Positions 54,565 to 64,000 of a DNA stretch of 64,000 nucleotides are shown here, in pieces. The stretch's first letter is position 1; every line of letters starts with the position of its first letter. The stretch comes from Macrostomum lignano (taxonomy: Eukaryota): the NCBI GenBank assembly GCA_002269645.1, contig NIVC01003381.1, positions 36,454 through 100,453 of the forward strand, read 5' to 3'. The translations under genes and the position numbers were made by a program. The notes beneath the pieces were generated by a model, which saw only the letters and a program-made list of their open reading frames with translations, had not been told where the DNA came from and did no database searches.

Positions 54565-55600
54565 GTTAGCCCCTCTCCTGCCTACCCTTCACTTCCCGCT
54601 ACCCTACCCTCTCCTTCCCGCTACCCTCTCCTTCCCGCTACCTTCTCCTTCCCGCTACCCTCTCCTTCCCGCTACCCTCTCCTTCCCACTACCCTCTCCT
54701 TCCCGTTACCCTCTCCTTCCCGCTACCCTCTCCTTCCCGCTACCCTCTTCTTCCCGCTACCTTTTCCCTCCCGCTGCTACCCTCTCCTTTTCGCCACCCT
54801 CTCCTTCCCACTACCCTCTCCTTCCCGTTACCCTCTAGTTCCTTCCCGCTACCCTCTTCTTCCCGCTACCCTCTCCTTTCCGCTACCCTCTCCTTCCTGC
54901 TACCCTCTCCTTTCCGCTACCCTCTCCTTCCTGCTACCCTCTCCTTTCCGCTACCCTCTCCTTCCTGCTACCTTCTCCTTTCCGCTACCCTTTCCTTCCC
55001 GCTACCCTCTCCTTTTCGTTACCCTCTCCTTCCCGCTACCTTTTCCTTCTCGCTCCCTCTCCTTTTCGTTACCCTCTACTTCCCGCTACCCTCTCCTTCC
55101 TACTACCCTCTCCTTCCCGCTACCCTCTTCTTCCCGCTACCCTCTCCTTCCCGCTACCCTCTCCTTTCCGCTACCCTCTCCTTCCCGCTACCTTTTCCTT
55201 CCCGCTACCCTCTCCTTTTCGTTACCCTCTACTTCCCGCTACCCTCTCCTTCCTACTACCCTCTCCTTCCCGCTACCCTCTTCTTCCCGCTACCCTCTCA
55301 TTCCCGCTACCCTCTCCTTTCCGCTACCCTCTCCTTCCCGCTACACTTTCCTTCCCGCTACCCTCTCCTTTTCGTTACCCTCTACTTCCCGCTACCCTCT
55401 CCTTCCTACTACCCTCTCCTTCCCGCTACCCTCTTCTTCCCGCTACCCTCCCATTCCCGCTACCCTCTCCTTTCCGCTACCCTCTCCTTCCCGCTACCTT
55501 TTCCTTCCCGCTACCCTCTCCTTTTCGTTACCCTCTACTTCCCGCTACTCTCTCCTACTCGCTACCTTCTAGCTCCTTCCCGCTACCTTCTCGTTCTCGC
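54565..55600. repeat. 17-bp polypyrimidine minisatellite (taccctctccttcccgc)n
   Basis: Tandem units. Confidence 0.94.
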
Positions 55601-55833
55601 TGAAATTTCCTGCGAACTACAGTGCACTCCTTGAATTAAAAATGGGCTAAGATAGCCGACCGTGATGCAAACCAACAACAGATATAACAAGCATTCAGAT
55701 TCTACATAAAGTATATTCATTTTAACTGCACTGCACTGCACTTGGCTACACTTCAATAATATATCTTAAAATATGGCCAAAAAATCCAGCCCTCTTGTGA
55801 CCAGTTTCGCCTCTTCCATCTTCCCACAGTTTT

Positions 55834-55928
55834 TCACACAATGGACATTGGTGAAAAGTAGGCAACGCTCCCACTAGATGAGGCAGATGCTGCTCCAGAT
55901 GATGGCGCTAGCAGCTGCAGCTGGGGCT

Positions 55929-55981
<53 letters not shown>

Positions 55982-57447
55982 ACGGGAGTATGGTGAAGCC
56001 GCCGCTGCCACTGCCTGCCGCTGTCTCTAGAGCCGGACGCCCAGATCTCTGGGATCGCCTGATCGCAGCTGCAATCTTCATCCCAGTGCTGTGACTGGCG
56101 AGCGCCGCCGCCAAAAACGACAGCAACTTCGTCGCCTGTCGAGTCAACTCGCTGATGTCGGGCCGTAGCGGACAGCAGAGGAGGCGGCGGCGGTGGCGGC
56201 AGCGGCGGCTGTGAAAACGATTCCCGCTGCCGATCCAGGTGCCTTCGACTTCGGCCGCTGCTTTCATCTCCTCGGTGCAGCCAGAAGAAGCAACAGCCGC
56301 GCTGCCTGTGGCAGCATCGGCAGAGACGCAGTGGCAGCCGGCCGAAGTCGCCATCGAATATCAGCAGCGCCAGCGGCTCAACGGCCGCCCTGGAGAAGCC
56401 GAGAATGGTGAGAAACTTGTACAGCTCGACGGTGACACGGTACTGCGGGTCCATCAGGATCAGGGCGTACAGCGGATACCAGCAGATGAGATGCAGACAC
56501 CACAGCCCGGCCAGCACCCTCTGCCGGTTGTACTTCGCCGATGCCAGCTGTCCGAGGCGCCTGGCGAAGCTCTCAACCGGCTGATCGGGCGGCTGGCTGG
56601 CGTCGCCGGCGCGGGCCTTGTAGAAGGCCAGCTTGGCGCCGATGGTGCGTCCGATGGTTCGGCGGAACACGGCCAGATAGTAGGCGGCCGCCATCAGCGC
56701 CAGGGACACGATCAGCACCCACATTGTGTACACAACGTAGTTCTTCACCTGGCCGTACACGAACAGGCATTTCTCGCCGCTCCTGCTGCTACTGGACGAG
56801 CGGGCGCCGGCGCCGGCGCCAACCACGCCGCTGCCAGTTGAAGCTTCGAAATTGGCACCGATGAGGGTCGGGCCGAGGTGCAGGATGGCGCTGCCAGTGT
56901 ACACCAGCGACACGCCAAATAACACGCAGCAGACGGAGCCCTCCGGTTGGCGGCCCTCGGACGCCTGCCGACTATCAAAGAAGTACACCTCGCAGCAGGC
57001 CATGGCGACCAGATTGAAGGCCGCCGTTGTCATCAGCACGATGTAGCTGGTGCCCAGCGAGTTGCAAGCGCTGCTGGACACGCCGCCGCCGTCAGAGACG
57101 AGGCCCCGGCCGAACGGCAGGCAGTAGGCGGACATCGCCAGGTTGAGCAGCGCTGAGTGCCCTACGAACGCCGAGGAGAGTCGCCGGGTGCGCGGCCGGA
57201 CCAGCAGGGAGGCCATCAGCAGCGAGTTGGCGATGAGCCCGACTCCGGCGATGGCGAACATGGCGGCCTGCTCGAAGGCCTCGTGCAGCGAGTCGTCCTC
57301 GCCGTGCTGGTGCTCGTCCGGCCAGCCGGTGTCGCCTGGACCGGTCTGCATGAGCTGCCTTCGCGACCGGGTTGGCTGGGACTGCACGGGCGTGAGGATC
57401 TGGAGGGTCGGTGGATGGCTTTCGTTAGTGTCTAGTGATGCCTGCAT
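55834..57447 (-). CDS. Class A (rhodopsin-like) orphan GPCR, single exon; possibly SREB/GPR85-GPR173-like; start at 57447 or 57351
   Basis: Seven hydrophobic segments: TM1 GVGLIANSLLM, TM3 Cys (ACNSLG), ECL2 Cys, TM6 CWYP, TM7 VEPLA. Long Pro-rich C-tail. The subfamily assignment is from recalled resemblance only. Confidence 0.82.
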
Positions 57448-57616
57448 TTATTTACCCCAGCTAATGCTGGCACCCATTTTACAGCTGGGTGAACTGAAGC
57501 AATGCAGAGTTAAGTGTCCTGCTCAAGAACACTAAAATCGTTCCGACTAGGTCGAGAATCGAACCCCCGATCTTTCAGTGGTGAGTCCGACGCTCTGACC
57601 ACTAGGCTACAACCCA
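57448..57616 (-). mobile_element. tRNA-derived SINE with a CORE/V-like central domain
   Basis: Minus strand reads box A TAGCCTAGTGG (57609-57599) and box B GGTTCGATTCT (57565-57555), then GTGTTCTTGAGCAGGACACTTAACTCTGCATTGCTTCAGTTCACCCAGCTGTAAAATGGG. This resembles the conserved CORE/V SINE central domains. Confidence 0.75.
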
Positions 57617-57994
57617 GTGAAGAATAACTATATTTATAAATCAACAACTGACAGAATGAAAGTACAAAGAGCTCAGACTATCAGTTCCCTTCTACATGCC
57701 CCCGCGAGGGAGGTGTGCGGAGCACTCATTTTGCCAGAATTTTCTTCTACCAAAATCTATCCGAGGCTGAAAGGGTCAAGCGATTTCCCAGGAGAATTCC
57801 GTTCGGGAGATTTTTTTCACGCTGCCCTTAGGCAGTTGGAATATTTTTTCGGTGCCAAAGGCACAACTTTCTGCCCCTGCGTTTCCACTGCACTGCCAAT
57901 GTACGTGTCATCTTGTCTGTTTAACTCTGGAGTGGTCTTTTTACATCCTGGCTAAAGTTGTTGAAATTATTGATTAGGGGACGAATAGGGGTAC

Positions 57995-59760
57995 CATGAG
58001 ATGCTTAGTGGGGTCTGTCATGAGATGCTTGATGTTGTGTGTGTCATGAGATGCTTAATGGGGTGTGCCATGAGATGCTTGAAGTGGTGTGTGTCATGAG
58101 ATGCTTAATGGGGTGTGCCATGAGATGCTTGATGTGGTGTGTGTCATGAGATGCTTAATGGGGTGTGCCATGAGATGCTTGATGTGGTGTGTGTCATGAG
58201 ATGCTTAATGGGGTGTGTCATGAGATGCTTAATGGGGTGTGTCATGAGATGCTTAATGGGGTGTGCCATGAGATGCTTGATGTGGTGTGTGTGTCATGAG
58301 AAGCCTAATGGTGTGTGTCATGAGATGCCTAATGGGGTGTGCCATGAGATGCTTGATGGGGTGTGCCATGAGATGCTTGATGTGGTGTGTGTCATGAGAT
58401 GCTTAATGGGGTGTGCCATGAGATGCTTAATGGGGTGTGCCATGAGATGCTTGATGGGGTGTGCCATGAGATGCTTAATGGGATGAGCCATGAGATGCTT
58501 AATGGGGTATGCCATGAGATGTCTAATGGGGTGTGCTATGAGATGCTTAATGGGGTGTGCCATGAGATGCCATGAGATGCTTAATGGGGTGTGTCATGAG
58601 ATGCTTAATGGAGTGTGCCATGAGATGTTTGATGGGGTTCGTGCCATGAGATGCTTGATGGGGTATGCCATTAGATGCTTGATGGGGTGTGCCATGAGAT
58701 ACTTAATTGGGTGTGCCATGAGATGCTTAATGGGTTGTTTGATGAGATGCTTTATAGGTGAGCCATGAGATGCTTTATGGAGTGTGTGTCATGAGATGCT
58801 TGATGGGGTGTGATATGAGATGTTTAATGGGGTGAGCCATGAGTTGTTTAATGGGGTGTGCCATGAGATGCCATGAGATGTTTAATGGGGTGTGCCATGA
58901 GATGTCTAATGGGGTGTGCCATGAGATGCTTAATGGGGTGTGCCATGAGATGCTTGATGGGGTGTGTACCATGAGATGCTTGATGGGGTGTGCTATGAGA
59001 TGCTTGATGGGGTGTGTGCCATGAGATGCTTGATGGGGTGTGTGCCATGAGATTCTTGATGGGGTGTGTACCATGAGATGCTTGATGGGGTGTGCTATGA
59101 GATGCTTGATGGGGTGTGTGCCATGAGATGCTTGATGGGGTGTGCCATGAGATGCTTGATGGGGTGTGTGCCATGAGATGCTTGATGGGGTGTGCCATGA
59201 GATGCTTGATGGGGTGTGTGCCATGAGATGGCATGAGATGTCTAATGGGGTGTGCTATGAGATGCTTAATGGGGTGTGCCATGAGATGCTTGATGGGGTG
59301 TGCCATGAGATGTCTAATGGGTGTGCCATGAGATGCTTGATGGGGTGTGTGCCATGAGATGGCATGAGATGTCTAATGGGGTGTGCTATGAGATGCTTAA
59401 TGGGGTGTGCTATGAGATGCTTAATGGGGTGTGCTATGAGATGCTTAATGGGGTGTGCTATGAGATGCTTGATGGGGTGTGCCATGAGATGCTTAATGGG
59501 GTGTGCTATGAGATGCTTGATGGGGTGTGCTATGAGATGCTTAATGGGGTGTGCTATGAGATGCTTAATGGGGTGTGCTATGAGATGCTTAATGGGGTGT
59601 GCTATGAGATGCTTAATGGGGTGTGCTATGAGATGCTTAATGGGGTGTGCTATGAGATGCTTAATGGGGTGTGCTATGAGATGCTTGATGGGGTGTGTGC
59701 CATGAGATGCTTGATGGGGTGTGTACCATGAGATGTATAAAGAGGCGTCATGAGATGCTG
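57995..59760. repeat. 24/26-bp minisatellite (catgagatgcttaatggggtgtgc)n
   Basis: Tandem units with many variants. Source of the MRCLMGCA/AHPIKHL pseudo-ORFs. Confidence 0.95.
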
Positions 59761-60469
59761 AGTAGTGGGAGTCCTGAGATGAAGGCGATCCGTCTTCCGG
59801 GATGCCAGAAGCCATCAACTCGGCGAATAATCCCGCCGCAACTCACCCTCACTGCACCGAGAACAGCACCTTGCCTGAATCCTCAAATCCGCCTCCCATC
59901 CCCTCAGAATCTCCAGCGAATGGAGCAGCGATAGCCGCAGGGGGTTGTTGGGCTGTTCGACCGGACATGAATAATTCAGATAACGAAAGAATGAATGAGT
60001 TGCAAGCAGCAAAAAGTTAAATTTTCAGCCACACGGCTAAGAAGAGGATGGAAACGAGCCGCGTAAGGCTTGGCTCGGTCTATGGGCGATGAAGCGAGCA
60101 CTTTCTCCCGATGAGGCGTTGTAGTTCTCGCAGCTTCCTATTGGAGCAACCGTCCAGCCTTCTAGTGTCAGATATAGAGGCTTAGCGCTAATGCCTCAGC
60201 GGCCCGCAGGGAGACGCAAGAAGCAGGGCAGGCCCCCTGCAGCGCGTATTACTATATCTTCCCAGCTGCCAGAACACCGAATCTCCGTACAAATCCAGCC
60301 CCAGAAAACATAGCAGCCTCTATAGTGTGAGAAAGTTAAAGACAAAAACATACGAGTAGATATCGAATTTGTGCACAGGGAAAGACCATTGAGGGTTGGA
60401 TAAAATCGAGGGAGTGTGCCAGATGGCATGTACTGAAGACTGTCGCAAAGGCTGCGAATATAGAAGGCT

Positions 60470-61475
60470 CACCTGGAGCTCTTCTTGTCACCCCTGACTC
60501 ACCTGTAGCTCTCCCTGTCACTGGATTACCTTACCTGGTAAGTATCCCTGGCACCCCTGTCTCACCTGGAGCTCTCCCTGTCACCGGATCACCTGCTAAG
60601 CATCCCTGTCTCACCTGGAGCTCTCCCTGTCACCGGATCACCTGCTGAGCATTCCTGTCTCACCTGGAGCTCTCCCTGTCACCGGATCACCTGCTGAGCA
60701 TTCCTGTCTCCCTAGAGCTCTCCCTGTCACCGGATCACCTGCTGAGCATCCCTGTCTCACCTGGAGCTCTCCCTGTCACCGGATCACCTGCTGAGCATTC
60801 CTGTCTCACCTGGAGCTCTCCCTGTCACCGGATCACCTGCTGAGCATTCCTGTCTCACCTGGAGCTCTCCCTGTCACCGGATCACCTGCTGAGCATTCCT
60901 GTCTCACCTGGAGCTCTCCCTGTCACCGGATCACCTGCTGAGCATTCCTGTCTCACCTGGAGCTCTCCCTGTCACCGGATCACCTGCTGAGCATTCCTGT
61001 CTCACCTGGAGCTCTCCCTGTCACCGGATCACCTGCTGAGCATTCCTGTCTCCCTAGAGCTCTCCCTGTCACCGGATCACCTGCTGAGCATCCCTGTCTC
61101 ACCTGGAGCTCTCCCTGTCACCGGATCACCTGCTGAGCATTCCTGTCTCCCTGGAGCTCTCCCTGTCACCGGATCACCTGCTGAGCATTCCTGTCTCACC
61201 TGGAGCTCTCCCTGTCACCGGATCACCTGCTGAGCATTCCTGTCTCACCTGGAGCTCTCCCTGTCACCGGATCACCTGCTGAGCATTCCTGTCTCACCTG
61301 GAGCTCTCCCTGTCACCGGATCACCTGCTGAGCATTCCTGTCTCACCTGGAGCTCTCCCTGTCACCGGATCACCTGCTGAGCATTCCTGTCTCACCTGGA
61401 GCTCTCCCTGTCACCGGATCACCTGCTGAGCATTCCTGTCTTACCTGGAGCTCTCCCTATAACCGGATCACACAC
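60470..61475. repeat. 49-bp minisatellite (cacctggagctctccctgtcaccggatcacctgctgagcattcctgtct)n
   Basis: Period 49 (ggatc at 60781 and 60830). Confidence 0.96.
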
Positions 61476-62126
61476 TGAGCAATCCTCTAAAAAATCCTGA
61501 ACGGCATTGCCCCCTTAGGTACTTGGCACCCAATACTTTTTTGGATAGTTAATTAGCCTTAGAGCTGGGCTTGCCACTGTAGCAGAAGGCTAGCTAAGGC
61601 ATATTTCCATCGTCCATTCGTCAGTTCCACCCTCCTCACACTCAACTCTGTCAAGGATGAAAACTGCAGTTAACCTGAGAGACTCGAAAGTCCAGACGGT
61701 TACATTTTTGGAGCTTTTAGGCACGTGAATTCGAAACACAATCTTAATGAGGCAAGTTAGCATTGAGATTGAGTGCTCTGTAGGTGGGGGGGGGGAGTGT
61801 AGGTGGCGCGAATACTGCCAACGAATTCAGCCGCAGAATATGGAACTGCAAAACACACTGGGCCGCACATGCTAAACTGCGCAATAGCCTGCCGATCGTG
61901 GGGTGGCGGCCGCCCGCCTTCTATTGGGCGTAATTCAAATAAGAGACCAGCCGGGCCAGATGCAAGGTGCCAGCATAGTGTAGATAAACAGTAGAAGTAA
62001 AGACGGAAACAATTCTACTCAAAATTTCATTTCAAAGCCATTGCGTCACCCGACTCCAACTCAATTCGCTCCTTCTGACACAATAAAGACAGAGCTCACG
62101 AGCTGAGTACAGTGTGAGCAGTGCTC

Positions 62127-63637
62127 ATGGCCAGCCGCATTCTCAGCTTGTTTAACTGCGCCGGAGACAGCAGCACAGGAGACGGCAAGCGGCCCCTCCA
62201 TCGGAAGAAGAAGAAAAGAAGAAGCGACAGAGCCGGAGGTAAAAGACCGGTGGGCAACCCGGACTCGCCGGAAGAGTCCTACAGATTTGCCGCGGCCGCA
62301 GTACCGCAGCTTGGCGACGCAGCGGACGGAGACGGCGGCGACGGCGACGGTCTCGGCTGGCGCACCTTCAACTACCTGTGCGACAAGGAGCAGAGCAGCG
62401 GCGGCTACAGCCTGGCCCAGGTGCACTTCGCCAGCCGCAGGCCGCTGCGGGCCCGTCGTCAGTTCGGCGCCGAGACCGAATTCTGGTGCTCCTTCGCTGG
62501 CAAGCAGCGGCAGCTCGAGGCCCGTCTGGTATGTCTGCGGCCGGACTGCGGACTCCGGAGCGGCCAGCAGCAGCCGACCAGGTGTCCGACGTCAGTCATC
62601 GCCATCTCCCGATCGGGCGGCACCAAGCCCGCTGCCGCAACCTGGAATCCACGCATGGCCAGCTGCTCCTCCAGCTGGGCCGCCAGCTGTTTCCACGCGC
62701 CGCTGCTAGCCAGGCCGCGCGAGGCCACCCGCCTGATGACCGACTGCGCTGCCTTCTGCATCGCCCAGCAGAGGCTGCTGTTTGCCGTCTCCTCCGACTT
62801 TAGCTTGCTGAAGTGCGCGCCGCTCCAGCGTCTGGCCATTGACGGAGCTTCAGCAGCTCGACAGCGGCTGATTTGGCGCCGCAGCTGGCGGCTGAAATCC
62901 CTCCTGCTGGCTGCCGGCTCAGCGGCAGAAACGGCGGCCGACGACGACTTTGACGACTTAAACGACGACGATGAACAAGACTCAGGAGGTTCCGAACAAC
63001 GACGGCGACGGCGACGAAGATGACGACGAAGAGGAAAACGGTGTCGCCGAGGGTCCGGCGGGTTGCCACACGCTGGCGCACTGGCAGGCCGGCCACAGAC
63101 TTTTCCTGGCCTCCAGACGCCGCGTCTGGGCGGTGGACGTCTCCGACGCCGGCTTCGATGAGGAGGATGACGATGATGATGAGGCGGAGACAGACGATGA
63201 GGCCGAGCAGCTGGACGGGACGCGCTGGGTTCCGCAACCGGCAGACGCCCGGTGCGCATTCAGCCTGCCTTCCAAGCCGGGCTCGAGCTTCCGCCGCGTC
63301 ACCGACCTGGCCGTCGATCCGCGCGGCCTGCTGTTTGTCTGCGACGCCGGCGCCAACCGGGTGCTCGTCTTCGACGCCCGCAACGGCAGCCGCCTGGCCG
63401 AGCTGGCGGGCGCGAGTTCCGACCGGACGTGCTGCTGATGAAGCACCTGCTGCCCGAGAGGGCCCCGGCTCCGCCTACCGCCGGCCGGCCGGCTGCGCAA
63501 GTCAAGCGGTGTCTGCGCCTATCAGCGCGACGCCGGCTGCGGCAGCCGCCTTCCTGCTGCTGGTCACCGGCGGCTTTGGCTGCGCCGGCCAGACGTTCGA
63601 CGTGACGGGACTCCGGCCGGGATCGGCACAGTGCTGA
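62127..63637 (+). pseudogene. NHL-repeat/beta-propeller-type gene whose coding signal is split over several frames (pseudogene or local sequence errors)
   Basis: ATG at 62127. The NHL-like blade VTDLAVDPRGLLFVCDAGANRVLVFDARNG is in the 62971 frame. Acidic linkers continue across frames near 62990. GC3-rich blocks resume in the 63252 frame (DVLLMKHLLPE) and the 63020 frame (AFLLLVTGGFGCAGQTFDV). Confidence 0.6.
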
Positions 63638-63774
63638 TCATCCTGATTGCAGTACATTCTGTACTTTTTTATTGGTTTCAGCGTCTCAGTACTGTTTTTT
63701 GTAACCACATTCAATATGGGATTCATGCTAGCATTGAGGACAAGTTGGTCGCTTCCAGCTGACAGCCTCATCAA

Positions 63775-64000
63775 TCTGACAGGAACAGCTCTGATCTGAC
63801 AGACACACTCACCAATCTGTCAGACACACTCACAAATCTGTCAGACACACTCACCAATCTGTCAGACACCCTCACCAATCTGTCAGACACACTCACCAAT
63901 CTGTCAGACACACTCACCAATCTGTCAGACACACTCACCAATCTGTCAGACACACTCACCAATCTGTCAGACACACTCACCAATCTGTCAGACACCCTCA
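63775..64000. repeat. 21-bp minisatellite (tctgtcagacacactcaccaa)n, runs off the window end
   Basis: Tandem units. Confidence 0.95.

Noticed and set aside
57545-57616. tRNA gene
   Set aside because: Box A and B are present, but no convincing cloverleaf or oligo-T terminator follows. It continues into a SINE central domain.
59755-60430. Short ORFs and a GTGAGT donor-like site between two arrays
   Set aside because: No coherent model or motif; left uncalled.
62989-63019. 31-nt GT-AG micro-intron that would repair the first NHL frameshift
   Set aside because: It is frame-compatible, but much shorter than the shortest supported intron (77 nt), has no pyrimidine tract, encodes a plausible acidic linker, and does not explain the other shifts.
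63430-63441. Selenocysteine read-through at TGC TGC TGA TGA
   Set aside because: No SECIS was recognised, and coding signal continues in a different frame rather than in-frame.

Overview
Eukaryotic (metazoan invertebrate) genomic DNA, not prokaryotic. It has GT-AG introns, GC-rich coding exons in AT-rich spacers, and about 35 tandem-repeat arrays of almost entirely different units that cover roughly 40% of the window (about 27 kb by my tally). This architecture is compatible with a free-living flatworm such as Macrostomum, but that is inference. Eight protein-coding loci are supported: an Olig-family bHLH gene (-, 2 exons); a Hand-like bHLH gene (-, 2-3 exons; its bHLH exon is absent from the ORF track); an intronless divergent POT/SLC15-like transporter (+); an intronless GDA1/CD39 NTPDase with signal peptide and a possible GPI tail (+); a phase-consistent 4-exon orphan gene (+); an asparaginase-ankyrin gene (ASPG/60-kDa lysophospholipase; -, 4 exons); an intronless class A orphan GPCR (-) abutted by a tRNA-derived SINE; and a multiply frameshifted NHL-repeat gene or pseudogene (+). 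Most long ORFs in the track are artefacts of tandem repeats or antisense shadows of GC-rich exons. The most striking structural signal is that every intron longer than 100 nt carries its own private mini- or microsatellite. Several arrays also show sharp unit-length switches or higher-order periodicity. No CRISPR array, rRNA or bona fide tRNA gene was found. All calls are by eye, without database searches.
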